A stretch of 64,000 bases of DNA from an uncultured Chloroflexia bacterium (GTDB taxonomy: Bacteria; Chloroflexota; Chloroflexia; Thermomicrobiales; UBA6265). How positions within the stretch are numbered: the first letter of the stretch is position 1; every line of letters starts with the position of its first letter. The notes under the pieces are model-generated. The model ran no database searches. It was not told the origin of the DNA and was given only the letters and a program-made list of their open reading frames with translations. The translations under genes and the position numbers were made by a program. Positions 9,104 to 19,527 of this stretch are shown here, piece after piece. The stretch covers positions 256,001 to 320,000 of the forward strand of contig CAVRUC010000004.1 of assembly GCA_963724295.1 (NCBI GenBank), written 5' to 3'.

Positions 9104-9921
9104 TCGCGATTCCGCGCATGACGGGCCGCGTCTTGCGGAGCGGGCTGCCTGGTCTCGTCGCCCTTCTGGTCGGGATCGCCCTCTTCGAGTTCGTGCAGCC
9201 CCTGGTGATCGCCTCGTTCGGCGGAGCCCAGGGACTCGACGCGATCATGGAGCGCATCCCGCCCGCCCTCCAGGCGTTCACGCGCACCCGGCCGGAGTTC
9301 CTGGCGTTGTCCGGTCTGGCCGGCTATCTCTCGTTGGGATTTACCCACCCGCTCTACATCGTCCTCGCCGGCGCGGCGGTGATCGGATTCGCCGCACGCT
9401 CGCTGGCCGGCGAGATGGACCGTGGCATCATCCAGATCCCGCTCTCGCGGCCGATCTCGCGCCAGGCCGTCTATGCGTCGCGCCTCCTGGGAGTTGTGGT
9501 CATCTGCGGCCTGCTGGCCGCCGCCGGACCACTCGGCATGGTGGCCGGGATGCTCTACGCGCGGCCGAATGGCGAATTTGCCTATGAGCACCTGGTGGCC
9601 GTCGCGCTTAGCGGGCTGGCGCTCTTCTGGGCGATCGGCGGGCTGTCGCTGTGGGGGAGTGCTGCTGCCAGCACCGCCGGCCGCGTCGTCGCCTGGGCCA
9701 TCAGCCTGCTGGTCATCTCGTACTTCGTCGACTACTTCGCCGGGATCTGGGCGCCACTCGAGGCGATTCAGTTCCTCTCGCTGTTTGACTATTACGATCC
9801 CACCCAGGCGCTCGTCTCCGGGCAAGCCTCCCCGGCGGACCTGATCACGCTCACCATCGTTGGCGCCGTGGCCGCGGTCGCCGGTCTGGTCACCTTCACC
9901 GGCCGCGACCTTCCCTCCTGA
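9100..9921 (+). CDS. ABC transporter permease subunit
   Basis: Multiple TM segments, LAGEMDRG...LSRPISR; GTGA overlap with the ATPase gene. Confidence 0.9.
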   Translation: MIAIPRMTGRVLRSGLPGLVALLVGIALFEFVQPLVIASFGGAQGLDAIMERIPPALQAFTRTRPEFLALSGLAGYLSLGFTHPLYIVLAGAAVIGFAARSLAGEMDRGIIQIPLSRPISRQAVYASRLLGVVVICGLLAAAGPLGMVAGMLYARPNGEFAYEHLVAVALSGLALFWAIGGLSLWGSAAASTAGRVVAWAISLLVISYFVDYFAGIWAPLEAIQFLSLFDYYDPTQALVSGQASPADLITLTIVGAVAAVAGLVTFTGRDLPS

Positions 9922-9928
9922 GCCTGCC

Positions 9929-10609
9929 ATGAACCGCGCCGTCATCTTCGACGTCAACGAGACGATGCTCGATCTCGGCGCGCTCGACCCGTTGTTCGTT
10001 CGCTGGTTCGGCGATCCGCTCGCCAGGAAAGAGTGGTTCGCGCTAACGCTCCACTTCGCGCTGACGCTGGCCGCAACTCGCGAGTTCAGGAGCTTTGGCG
10101 AGGTTGGCGCTGCCGCACTCGCGGGGATCGCTCATCGTCGCGAGGTGTCACTGCCGGACGAAGCCGCGGCCCAGCTGCGCGAGGAGGTTCTGCGACTGCC
10201 GGCTCACTTCGATGTGGCACCCGCCCTGCGCATCCTGCGGCACGCGGGTCTGGTGACCGCCGCGCTCTCGAACGACCCGCTCCCGGTTGTTCAGGAGCAG
10301 CTCCACCATGTCGAGCTTTCGCCACTCTTCGACGTGATCATGTCCGTCGATGAGGCGGGCGCGTTGAAACCCGCGCCCGAGGTGTACGACTTCGCGGTCC
10401 GGCGCCTTGATCTCGCGCCCGGATCGATCTGGATGGTTGCCGCACACGGCTGGGACGTCGCCGGGGCAAAGCGCTCCGGACTCCGCGGCGCCTTCGTCGC
10501 CCGCCCCGGTCAATCGCCCGACCCCTTCGCCCCGCCGGAAATCCTGGCGGACGATCTCCTCGGTATCGCCCACGCCATCCTCGCCGCAGAACACCTCTCC
10601 CCCACATAA
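9929..10609 (+). CDS. Haloacid dehalogenase type II (HAD superfamily)
   Basis: FDVNETMLD, ALSN, KPAPEVY, VAAHGWDVAGA. Confidence 0.9.
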   Translation: MNRAVIFDVNETMLDLGALDPLFVRWFGDPLARKEWFALTLHFALTLAATREFRSFGEVGAAALAGIAHRREVSLPDEAAAQLREEVLRLPAHFDVAPALRILRHAGLVTAALSNDPLPVVQEQLHHVELSPLFDVIMSVDEAGALKPAPEVYDFAVRRLDLAPGSIWMVAAHGWDVAGAKRSGLRGAFVARPGQSPDPFAPPEILADDLLGIAHAILAAEHLSPT

Positions 10610-10644
10610 AGTCCGGGGCGGTGTGAGCCGCCCCGGTCTTACTC

Positions 10645-10696
10645 GCCGTCTAGCCGTCTAGCCGTCTAGCCGTCTTTTTTCAGCCGTCTCGCCTAG
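10645..10696. repeat. Short tandem repeat (GCCGTCTA)n between convergent genes
   Basis: gccgtcta x3 plus degenerate copies; preceded by hairpin CCGGGGCGG/CCGCCCCGG. Confidence 0.75.
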
Positions 10697-12420
10697 AGCT
10701 CAAACCCCACTCGCATGATCGCCCCGTTATCGGCCTGCGTGACGAGCGCCGCGTACTTGGCCAGAACGCCGCGATCGTACTTCGGCGCCGGCGGCGACCA
10801 GGTCCCCAACCGCCTGGCAATTTCATCGTCGCTGAGGTCGACGTCGAGCCGACGCGCCGGTGTGTCGATGATGATCGTGTCGCCTTCCTGGACCGCCGCC
10901 AGCGGACCACCAACGCCCGCCTCCGGCGCCACGTGGCCGATCATGAGCCCCTTGGTTGCGCCGCTGAAGCGCCCATCGGTCACCAAGGCAACCGAATCGC
11001 CGAGCCCCTGTCCCACGATGGCGGCAGTCACGGACAGCATCTCCTGCATGCCGGGACCGCCGACCGGGCCTTCGTAGCGGATGACGACGACGTCACCCGG
11101 GTTGATCCTCCGCTCAAGGATCGCTTCGTGCGCCGCCGGCTCCGAGTCGAAGACCCGTGCCGGACCACGGTGCCCCTCCCGCTCGTAGCCAAAGAGCTTC
11201 ACCACCGCCCCATTCGGTGCGATGTTTCCCTTGAGGATCACCAGACCGCCACTGTCCTTGCAGGGGTTCCCGATCTGCCGCACGACGTCCTGACCCGGCG
11301 TCTCCTTCGCCTTGGCGGCCGCCTCCGCGAACGTGTCGCCCGTGACTGTCATCGCGTCTTCGTGGACCAGTCCGGCATCCACCATGCGCTTGGCGACCAC
11401 CGGGGTGCCCCCGGCCAGATCGAGGTCGGATGCCGCGTAGCGACCCCCGGGCATCAGGTCACAGTACAGCGGCGTGCGGCGCGAGATCTGGTCGAAGTCG
11501 TCGATGGTCAGGGGAATCCCCGTCTCGCGCGCCAGGGCAATGAGATGAAGCACGCTGTTGGTCGAGCCGCCGCTGCTCGCTACTCCAGCGATGGCGTTCT
11601 CGAACGCTTCGCGCGTCAGGATGTCTTTGGGGAACACCCCCCGGCTGAGCACGTCCATGATCAGCTCGCCCGCTTCCTTGCCAATCGCGTTCTTGCGGGC
11701 GTCAGTGGCCGGGGGCGAGGCCGAGCCCATCGGTGAGAGGCCGATGAACTCCATCGCCATGGCCATCGTGTTCGCGGTGTATTGGCCGCCGCAGGCCCCC
11801 GCACCGGGGCAGGCCACGTTTTCCAGCTCGATGAGCTCATCGTCACTCATCTTGCCAGCGGCATTGGCGCCGATCGCCTCGTAGACCGAACGGATGGTCA
11901 CCTCCTTGCCATGGAAGTGTCCCGGCAGGATCGAGCCGCTGTAAAGCAGGATGCCGGGGATGTTCAGTCGCACCAGCGCCATGGCCAGCCCAGGCAAGGT
12001 CTTGTCGCAGGCGCCGATGCCGATGATGGCATCGAACATGTGCCCGCGCGCTACCAGCTCGACCGAGTCCGCGATCACCTCGCGCGAGACGAGCGAGGCC
12101 TTCATCCCCTCGGTCCCCATCGTCACGCCGTCAGAGATCGAGACGGTGTTCAGCTCTTGCGGCGTTCCGCCGGCGGCACGAATACCCTCTTTGACGTGCC
12201 GGGCCAGCTCGCGCTGATTGAGGTTGCAGGGCATGGTCTCGATCCAGCAATGGGCCACCCCGATAATCGGGCGCTTCAGGTCTTCGTCGTCGAAGCCCGT
12301 ACCCTTCAGCATGGCGCGGGCGCCGGCCCGATCGTTGCCATCGAGAATGACACGGCTCTTGTGCCGCATATCGAACCCGGTTCCCTGTTTCGTTCCCGGC
12401 CGCTCCGTCGTCGTGCTCAC
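10693..12420 (-). CDS. ilvD: Dihydroxy-acid dehydratase
   Basis: [47 protein letters not shown] start at 12420. Confidence 0.96.
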   Translation of the reverse strand: MSTTTERPGTKQGTGFDMRHKSRVILDGNDRAGARAMLKGTGFDDEDLKRPIIGVAHCWIETMPCNLNQRELARHVKEGIRAAGGTPQELNTVSISDGVTMGTEGMKASLVSREVIADSVELVARGHMFDAIIGIGACDKTLPGLAMALVRLNIPGILLYSGSILPGHFHGKEVTIRSVYEAIGANAAGKMSDDELIELENVACPGAGACGGQYTANTMAMAMEFIGLSPMGSASPPATDARKNAIGKEAGELIMDVLSRGVFPKDILTREAFENAIAGVASSGGSTNSVLHLIALARETGIPLTIDDFDQISRRTPLYCDLMPGGRYAASDLDLAGGTPVVAKRMVDAGLVHEDAMTVTGDTFAEAAAKAKETPGQDVVRQIGNPCKDSGGLVILKGNIAPNGAVVKLFGYEREGHRGPARVFDSEPAAHEAILERRINPGDVVVIRYEGPVGGPGMQEMLSVTAAIVGQGLGDSVALVTDGRFSGATKGLMIGHVAPEAGVGGPLAAVQEGDTIIIDTPARRLDVDLSDDEIARRLGTWSPPAPKYDRGVLAKYAALVTQADNGAIMRVGFEL

Positions 12421-12561
12421 TCCAGCCTGCTCCTTTTGGTCGCTCTCAGGACATCGATGAAAGGTCTGCGCCACGCCGGCCTCCGGCGCGTGCCTCACGG
12501 CTAAGCCTCTCACGGCGCTCAGGTGCCGAGAGTTTCCTCGCCATGAAGCATTTCTGCAAGG

Positions 12562-12576
12562 TTCAATATATTGGAA
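12562..12576. promoter_or_regulatory. AT-rich near-palindrome upstream of ilvD (candidate operator)
   Basis: TTCAATATATTGGAA in a GC-rich background. Confidence 0.35.
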
Positions 12577-12650
12577 TTCTGACGTTTTGTGTTACGAGAC
12601 TCCAGAGCGCGACATGCTCTAGGGGTGTAAAACCCGGCGCCTACCGCGCC

Positions 12651-12992
12651 TCAGGCGCCGCTGCTGCCGGGTGCCGAACTCGCGTCCGGTGGGAGACCGA
12701 GGTCGGCGATAGCCTGGGCCGTCTCGACCCGGGTAAGAGTTTCATGGTCGCGGAGCGCGTCGGGGTCACCTGTCTCCGCGCGAAAGCGCCGGATCAACTC
12801 TTCCTCGGTGCGGACCTGGGCTTCCAGGCCGGCCCGTTTCACCTGATCGACTCTCCGCTCGACCCCTTCGACGAACTCCTCGCCACTCTGCGGAGCTGCA
12901 ACCATGGCGACAGCCGCGCCAACTCCGGCACCGAGCAGGCCTCCGGCGATGAAGGACCCGAGTCTCTTGACAAGTTCCATGACACCCTCCAC
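12651..12992 (-). CDS. YtxH-like protein
   Basis: FIAGGLLGAGVGAAVAMVAAPQSGEE followed by a helical charged region. Confidence 0.75.
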   Translation of the reverse strand: MEGVMELVKRLGSFIAGGLLGAGVGAAVAMVAAPQSGEEFVEGVERRVDQVKRAGLEAQVRTEEELIRRFRAETGDPDALRDHETLTRVETAQAIADLGLPPDASSAPGSSGA

Positions 12993-12999
12993 AGGTGGC

Positions 13000-13587
13000 T
13001 CATCTCACCCGGAAGATCCGGCGTAGCAACGAGCCAAGCAAGAGCAGCACCACCCCCAGCCCCGCTCCGAATGCGGCGGCGCCACGGACGTCCGCCAGCG
13101 GTCGGATGTTTTCGTCTGCCGGTCCAGCATAGATCGCCACCTTGGCCCCGGCTTCGATTGTGGCCCGGTCGGCCTTGAGCGCGAAGACCCGGCTACGGAC
13201 GATCCGCGCCTCTTCCGTGGCAATCGCGATCGCGGTCGAGTTGGAGAACACGGCTTTGTCGCTGTGGACGGCGAGGATACCGGAGCGATCGACCTGAGCC
13301 GAACGGGCCTCGACCGTCCTGGCACCGGAGTTGGTCATCACCACCCGCTCCGCCGTCACCTGCTCGGCGCCGGCACGATCCATCGACACCGTCGTGGCAG
13401 CGACGTCACCCGCTTCGGCGCGCAAGACCTCGGTGGCGACCGTTGGATGGTTCTCGGGACCCGCGCTCACCATGACCTCTGCCGTGACGGATTCAGCCGC
13501 TGCCGGAGCGTCTTCGCTCGGACCCAAAGCGCTGGGCGCGGCGCCGGCCCTGTCGTGCGTCTCCGTTCCGGTGTCCTCGCGCGCCAC
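13000..13587 (-). CDS. Hypothetical protein with 15-aa beta-solenoid-like repeats and C-terminal TM helix
   Basis: Six 15-residue repeats, a hydrophobic C-terminal helix and basic tail; SD GGAAGGG upstream. Confidence 0.7.
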   Translation of the reverse strand: MAREDTGTETHDRAGAAPSALGPSEDAPAAAESVTAEVMVSAGPENHPTVATEVLRAEAGDVAATTVSMDRAGAEQVTAERVVMTNSGARTVEARSAQVDRSGILAVHSDKAVFSNSTAIAIATEEARIVRSRVFALKADRATIEAGAKVAIYAGPADENIRPLADVRGAAAFGAGLGVVLLLLGSLLRRIFRVR

Positions 13588-13791
13588 GTCGGCCGCCCTT
13601 CCCGCATCAACTTGCGCCGCCCCGGCGCACCATCAGGCAGGCGAGTGTAGCAAACGAATCCGCGCTGCTAGCCGGCTCTCTGGAAGCAACCGTCGCATGG
13701 TGGCTCTGTTTGGCGCATCTCAGGCGACCGGGTATCGTTTCGCGGCGAATTTCGCGGGGGCAACTCGGGGACGGAAGCAGGCGGGCACGGC

Positions 13792-15189
13792 ATGGCACGC
13801 GCCGATGTCATCATCGAGAACGGGACGGTGGTCACCGAAGGTGGCGTCTTCCTGGCCGACGTCGTCATTGCCGGCGAGCGGATCGCCGCGCTGACCGTCG
13901 ACGCCGGCGACTGGTCCGCCGCGGAGCGTATCGACGCCACCGGACTCTGGCTCATTCCCGGCGGCATCGACACCCACACCCACTTCGAGGAACCCGATCC
14001 GCGCCTGCTCGAAGGATTCGCGTCCGGCGGCGCGGGCGCAGCGGCTGGAGGGATCACATCAGTCGTCGAGATGCCTCAGGCGCATCCGACAACGACCTCA
14101 CCGACACTGCTGCTCGAGAAGCAGCGGCTTGTCGAGCAGAACGCCGTCGTCGACATGGCCCTCTGGGGCGGAGTCATCGGACCTCCTGGCCAAACCGCGA
14201 GTGACCTCGATGGCATGGCCGGGGAGGGTGCGGCCGCGTTCAAGTCGTTCATGGCCTCGTCGTCACCCTTCTTCCCTGCCGTCGATCACGCCCAACTGTT
14301 GTGGGCAATGCGCGAGGGTGCACGTCTCGCCCTTCCCTACGGACTCCATGCCGAGGATCATCAGCTCCTGAATGAAGGGCTCGATCGCCTGCGGGTCGCC
14401 GGACGCAAGGATCCTCTGGCGCACGCGGAATCGAGACCACCCCTGGTTGAGACCGTTGCCGTGAACACGGCGCTCCTGCTGGCGGCCGAAACTGGTTGCC
14501 ACGTTCACATCTGTCACGTCGCCTCGGTGGGTGCGCTGGCTCTCATCCGGGAGGCGAAAGAGCGCGGAGTCCGCGTCACCGCCGAAACATGTCCGCAGTA
14601 CCTCATGCTCAATACCGAAGATCTCGCTCGCCTGGCCGGTTTCGCCCGTTGCGCGCCCGCCCTCCGCGACCAGGCCGAGGTCGATGGTATCTGGGGGTAC
14701 GTACTCGATGGCACGATCGATCTCGTCTGCTCCGACCACTGTCCCTACACTGTGGAGAGCAAACAGGCCGGACACAACGACATCTTTCAGGCCCCGCTGG
14801 GGCTCTCCGGCGTGCAGACGCTCTTGCCGGCCTTCTTCTCCGAAGCTGTGGTGAAACGAGGTCTGCCAGTGCAACGATTCGTGGCACTGATCGCCGCGAA
14901 TCCGGCGCGGATCTTTGGCCTCTACCCTCGAAAAGGAACCATGTCGGTTGGGGCCGACGCGGACATCGCCCTCCTCGATCCCGACGCGATCTGGTCGGTG
15001 ACCGTCGATGACGCGCTGCACAAGCAGAAGTGGACACCGTACGAAGGCAAGGAGATCACCGGCCGCGTCGTGCGTACGATACGGCGAGGAGCGACGATCT
15101 TTGACGATACGCTGCAGGGTTCTGACCGCTTGACCGCCCGTCCCGGGTCCGGCAAGTTCCTGCGCCGCGGATATGGAGAGATGGCGTGA
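13792..15189 (+). CDS. Allantoinase/dihydroorotase-family cyclic amidohydrolase
   Basis: DTHTH, FKSFM (carboxylated Lys), HAE, HICH, SDH. Confidence 0.9.
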   Translation: MARADVIIENGTVVTEGGVFLADVVIAGERIAALTVDAGDWSAAERIDATGLWLIPGGIDTHTHFEEPDPRLLEGFASGGAGAAAGGITSVVEMPQAHPTTTSPTLLLEKQRLVEQNAVVDMALWGGVIGPPGQTASDLDGMAGEGAAAFKSFMASSSPFFPAVDHAQLLWAMREGARLALPYGLHAEDHQLLNEGLDRLRVAGRKDPLAHAESRPPLVETVAVNTALLLAAETGCHVHICHVASVGALALIREAKERGVRVTAETCPQYLMLNTEDLARLAGFARCAPALRDQAEVDGIWGYVLDGTIDLVCSDHCPYTVESKQAGHNDIFQAPLGLSGVQTLLPAFFSEAVVKRGLPVQRFVALIAANPARIFGLYPRKGTMSVGADADIALLDPDAIWSVTVDDALHKQKWTPYEGKEITGRVVRTIRRGATIFDDTLQGSDRLTARPGSGKFLRRGYGEMA

Positions 15190-16448
15190 CACGCAACCTG
15201 GATGCTAACGGACGCTGGATCGACTCCCACTGGGTCGAGACCTCCATTCGGGAGCTTTCCCAGTACGGCGCCCACGGCGAAACCGGCGTGGCGCGGCTCG
15301 TCTACAGCCCGGAGTGGGTCGCCGCCCAGGATCAGGTGGCCGCCTGGATGGAAGCGGCGAGTCTGCGTGTCGAGCGGGACGCGGTCGGCAACGTCTGGGG
15401 CTATCTCGATGGCCAGCACCGCGAGCGGCCCATGGTTGCCACCGGCTCCCACATCGACAGTCAAAACCCCGGCGGACGTTTTGACGGCGCCCTCGGCGTC
15501 GTCGCCGGGATCGCCGCGGTAGCGGCATTGCGCGAGCGCCACGGGCAGCCCCAGCAGACGATCGGGGTCGTCTCGCTCGTCGAGGAGGAAGCATCCCGAT
15601 TCCCGACCGCAAACTTCTGGGGGTCGCGGGCGATCGTCGGCCGGATTGCGCCAGAGGAACCGAGACGACTGCGTGGGTACGACGGCGTGACGATAGCCGA
15701 GGCAATGCGCGATGTGGGGCTCGATCCGGCCCTGATCGGGGACGCGCGCCGCGAGGACATCGAGACGTTCATCGAGCTCCACATCGAGCAAGGGCCTCAG
15801 CTCGAGCGAGAGGACATACCGGTCGGCATCGTGGACCGGATCACCGGCTACCGCCAATACCTGGTTACCCTCGAAGGGTCCGCCAACCACGCCGGCACAA
15901 CCCCGATGGATCTGCGACGGGACGCTATGGCCGGCGCGGCCGAGATCATCGGCGGCGTGATCGATACGGCGCATCGCATGGGCCGCCCCTGCGTGACGAC
16001 CGTCGGCCGGGTCAACGTTTCTCCCAACGAGCGGGCCGTTATCCCACGCCTGGTCGCCTTCACGGTTGACGCGCGATCGCCGGACCCGGCGCAACGCGAG
16101 CTCCTCCTTGCCCGCCACGAGGCGCTGATCGATGAGGTCGCGCAGCGGCGCGACCTGTCAGTCACCCTGCGCGTTGACAGCGATCGGACTCCCGTTGCCT
16201 GTGATCCTGATGTGGTAGCGGCAATAGCCGCGGCGGCGGCCGAGGGTGGTGTGCCGGCGATTACGATGACGTCCGGCGCGGTGCACGACACCATGCAGCT
16301 CGCCGAGATCGCGAAGATCGCCATGATCTTCGTCCGCTCCCGAGGCGGCATCAGTCACAGTCCGCAGGAGTTCACCTCGGCAGAGGATGCGGCCGCCGGC
16401 ACCGAGGTGTTGGCGCGTACGCTGCACGCACTGGCCTATCGACCGTGA
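15186..16448 (+). CDS. M20 Zn-dependent amidohydrolase (allantoate amidohydrolase/N-carbamoylase)
   Basis: GSHIDS, DGALG, EEE, ELHIEQGP, ANHAGTTPM, SGAVHD, GISHSP. Confidence 0.92.
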   Translation: MTRNLDANGRWIDSHWVETSIRELSQYGAHGETGVARLVYSPEWVAAQDQVAAWMEAASLRVERDAVGNVWGYLDGQHRERPMVATGSHIDSQNPGGRFDGALGVVAGIAAVAALRERHGQPQQTIGVVSLVEEEASRFPTANFWGSRAIVGRIAPEEPRRLRGYDGVTIAEAMRDVGLDPALIGDARREDIETFIELHIEQGPQLEREDIPVGIVDRITGYRQYLVTLEGSANHAGTTPMDLRRDAMAGAAEIIGGVIDTAHRMGRPCVTTVGRVNVSPNERAVIPRLVAFTVDARSPDPAQRELLLARHEALIDEVAQRRDLSVTLRVDSDRTPVACDPDVVAAIAAAAAEGGVPAITMTSGAVHDTMQLAEIAKIAMIFVRSRGGISHSPQEFTSAEDAAAGTEVLARTLHALAYRP

Positions 16449-17509
16449 GTGGTACGGCGCCCGCGGGCGATCGCGTCGTGGTCATGCTGACATCTCCTCT
16501 GGAACCTGAGCATGTCGAGCGGATCGCGGGAGCGTTCCCGGATCGCCTGGACCTGATCTACCGTCCAGATCTGATGCCGGCGCCGCGCTACGTCGCGGAT
16601 CACGGCGATTCGGCCTGGCGGCGCAATCCCGCGCAGGAGCGGGAATGGCACCGCCTCCTGAATCAGGCGGAGGTTCTCCTCGACTTTCCGCAGAACGAGT
16701 CTCGCCCCCTCCTGGAGCTGACGCCGAATCTGCGCTGGGTGCAGACCACGTCGGCTGGCGTCGGTCCCCTCGTGCAGCGGCTCGGTTTGCAGGATTCCCA
16801 CCTGATCGTCACCACCGCCAGTGGTATCCACGCCCAGCCGCTCGCCGAGTTCGTCTTTGCCGCGCTGCTCTACTACACGAAGGAGATTGGCCGCCTCAAA
16901 GAGGAGCAACGGGCGCACCAGTGGCATCGCTTCGCCGGCATCGAGCTCGCCGGGCAGACGATGGCCATCATCGGACCCGGCCGGATCGGCCGCGAGATCG
17001 CCCGCATCGCCCGTGCGTTCCGCATGCGCGTCGCCGCCCTGGGACGAGACAATGATCCCGCCCGGGCGGGATCGCTCGGCGTCGACCAGCTCTACAGCCG
17101 CGAGCACCTGCACATGATGCTGGCCGAAGCCGACTGTCTGGTCGTCTGTGCGCCACTCACCCCGGAGACCGAAGACCTCCTGGGACCGGCTGAATTTGCC
17201 GCGCTCAAGCCGGGGGCTGTCTTCGTGAACATCGGGCGAGGCGCGATCGTAGACGAGAACGCGCTGCTACGCGGCCTGCGCGAGGGACGAATCGCCTTCG
17301 CCGCGCTCGACGTGTTTCGGGAAGAACCGCTTCCTCCCGAATCGCCGTTCTGGGACCTGCCGAATGTCCTGATCAATCCCCACTCGGCAAGCACCGTAGC
17401 AACGGAAAACGCCAAGATCGCCGAACTGTTCGTGCGAAATCTCGGTCACTACCTCGCCGGTGAGATCGACCAGATGTCTCCCATTCTCGACAAGCATCGG
17501 CTCTATTGA
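16445..17509 (+). CDS. D-2-hydroxyacid dehydrogenase
   Basis: GPGRIG, PLTPET, NIGRG, LDVF..EPLP, NPH. Confidence 0.92.
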   Translation: MSGTAPAGDRVVVMLTSPLEPEHVERIAGAFPDRLDLIYRPDLMPAPRYVADHGDSAWRRNPAQEREWHRLLNQAEVLLDFPQNESRPLLELTPNLRWVQTTSAGVGPLVQRLGLQDSHLIVTTASGIHAQPLAEFVFAALLYYTKEIGRLKEEQRAHQWHRFAGIELAGQTMAIIGPGRIGREIARIARAFRMRVAALGRDNDPARAGSLGVDQLYSREHLHMMLAEADCLVVCAPLTPETEDLLGPAEFAALKPGAVFVNIGRGAIVDENALLRGLREGRIAFAALDVFREEPLPPESPFWDLPNVLINPHSASTVATENAKIAELFVRNLGHYLAGEIDQMSPILDKHRLY

Positions 17510-17519
17510 CGGGTCGCGG

Positions 17520-17625
17520 TGGTTGTTCGCTGCGCTCACGGTGGCAGGGTGACAGGGAGACCGATGATCCCGCCACCCTGCCACCCAGCGACCCCGCCAC
17601 CCGTCACCCAACACCCATCACCCCC
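17520..17625. repeat. Composite inverted/tandem repeat element (GGTGGCAG / CCACCC units)
   Basis: Shares an identical 20-mer, inverted, with the element at 60841-60975. Confidence 0.6.
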
Positions 17626-17754
17626 GTCCCGCGAAGACCGGCATCGCGTCTGCGCCGTAGATACCCATGGCCCTGCAAAATCGGCACCACCCGGGTGCTA
17701 TAGTGGCCGTCCGTACACTGACAACCCGCGCCGCGGGCTGGGAGGAAGTTCGAT

Positions 17755-18417
17755 ATGCGACCATGGCGAGCGCTGGCGATTGCGCCGCTTGCGGCACTAC
17801 TGGTGACCGGGCCTGTCCTTGCCCAGGACAGCACCCCGGAAGCGGACGGCGCCGAAAACCCGCGGCTTGTCGCTCCCTCGGAGTGCGTGGCCGAGCCACG
17901 AGACTTCGACGACATCGCAACAATCCTGAATCTTGATGGCGAGGGGGTGCCCGCGCCGGCAATGACCCAGATCACGCCCCCACTTGGCCAGATCGCCGAC
18001 GTCGCGACCACCATCTCGATCAAAGAAGCCGCTCGCCAAGTTCTGGCCTGCTTCAACGCCGGGGACATCCCGCGGGCGGCGGGGCTCATGACGGAGAGTG
18101 GCGTGCGGCGCGCCTACTGGGGCTTGACTATCGACGCGGAGAACCGCGAGCTGGCTCGCACCCGTATCGCCGCGCCGCCCGAGCCGAGGGCCGAAGACGC
18201 GTTGGTCCGGCTCATCACCGTGACCGATGTCTCGGTGCTTCCGGATGGGCGGATCACCGCCTTCGTTGTCCTCAACGAGCCGCTCCTGCCGCCGCCGGGT
18301 CCGGAGACGTTGCTGTTCGTCTTCGCCAACCAGGACGGACGGTGGCTGGTCGACGATTGGATCGACTTCTCGATCGTTCCGCCCAACTTCGGGGAAGAGG
18401 CCACGCCCACGAGTTAA
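17755..18417 (+). CDS. Secreted hypothetical protein
   Basis: Signal peptide ending VLA-QDSTPEA, two Cys, C-terminal EATPTS; SD GGAGG and upstream TGCTATAGT. Confidence 0.8.
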   Translation: MRPWRALAIAPLAALLVTGPVLAQDSTPEADGAENPRLVAPSECVAEPRDFDDIATILNLDGEGVPAPAMTQITPPLGQIADVATTISIKEAARQVLACFNAGDIPRAAGLMTESGVRRAYWGLTIDAENRELARTRIAAPPEPRAEDALVRLITVTDVSVLPDGRITAFVVLNEPLLPPPGPETLLFVFANQDGRWLVDDWIDFSIVPPNFGEEATPTS

Positions 18418-18508
18418 GGGGCGCGAAGGATTGAGGTAGTGAGCGCCGCCGGGTCACATTCCTGGCGGCGTTCCTGTGAACATCGCTTGTCGTGAGAGGA
18501 GTGTGATC

Positions 18509-19321
18509 GTGCCGTCGACACGAGTCGGAGATCTCGACGTCGTTTGGGATGTCGCCGGACCGGCCGCCGGCGCACCCGTTGTGATGATCAATGGCCTGGG
18601 CGCGGCGCGGGGAAGCTGGTACCTGCAAGTCCCGGCGCTCGCCGAGCGATACCGGGTCTACACCTACGACAATCGCGACGTCGGTGAGACCGGCTGCGGG
18701 GAAGACACGAGTGGATACGGCATCGATCGGTTCGCGCGCGATGCGGCGGGATTGATCGAATCGCTGGAGACGGGACCGGTCCATGTCATCGGCGCGTCAA
18801 TGGGCGGCGTTATCGCTCAGGAGTTGGCTCTCTCCCGGCCCGACCTGGTGCGCAGCGTCCAGATCGTCTGCTCGTGGCCAGAGACGGACCCCTGGCTCGC
18901 CGAGCTCATTCTGCAGTGGAAGTCGATGTTCTTCGCGATGGGCGCGTTCGACTGGGCAAGAAACACCTGGGTGTGGGTCTTCACCCACCGCTGGTTCCGC
19001 GACCCCGAGAAAATGGCCGGTCTACGCCATGATGCCGAGTCGTATCCCTTTCCGCAGACGGCGGAGATGTTCGGTCGCCAGTGCGACGCCGTCGTGCCAT
19101 TCGACGCGCGCGACCGACTGGGAGCGATCGCCGCACCCACGCACGTCATCGTCGGTGAGGAAGATATCTTCACTCCGCCGCGCTTTTCCCGCGAGATCGC
19201 GGCCGCGATTCCCGGATCGACGCTCTCCATTCTGCCTGAGGTCGGGCACGGGATGTTCTGGGAAACTCCCGAGGCGTTCAACGCCGCTTTGGTTGGATTT
19301 CTCGATCGCTCCGCAACCTGA
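18509..19321 (+). CDS. Alpha/beta hydrolase
   Basis: YDNRDVG, GASMGG nucleophile elbow, GEED, GH. Confidence 0.92.
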   Translation: MPSTRVGDLDVVWDVAGPAAGAPVVMINGLGAARGSWYLQVPALAERYRVYTYDNRDVGETGCGEDTSGYGIDRFARDAAGLIESLETGPVHVIGASMGGVIAQELALSRPDLVRSVQIVCSWPETDPWLAELILQWKSMFFAMGAFDWARNTWVWVFTHRWFRDPEKMAGLRHDAESYPFPQTAEMFGRQCDAVVPFDARDRLGAIAAPTHVIVGEEDIFTPPRFSREIAAAIPGSTLSILPEVGHGMFWETPEAFNAALVGFLDRSAT

Positions 19322-19527
19322 ACGAATCACTTCTTCCGAAACGACGCCGCTTTCCGGCGCGTTGCTGGATTTGTCGTTGCCGCGTCCGCCCGGTACCGGT
19401 GTACCGGGGTTGTCCCTTGTGCCGCGATGCGGAGAACGACTATGTTGAGACACCAGCCGATCACCGCGGTCGACAGCGCCTGGCTGACTATTGGCGCGTC
19501 GACCGGGCTCAATCCAGGAGAAATACC

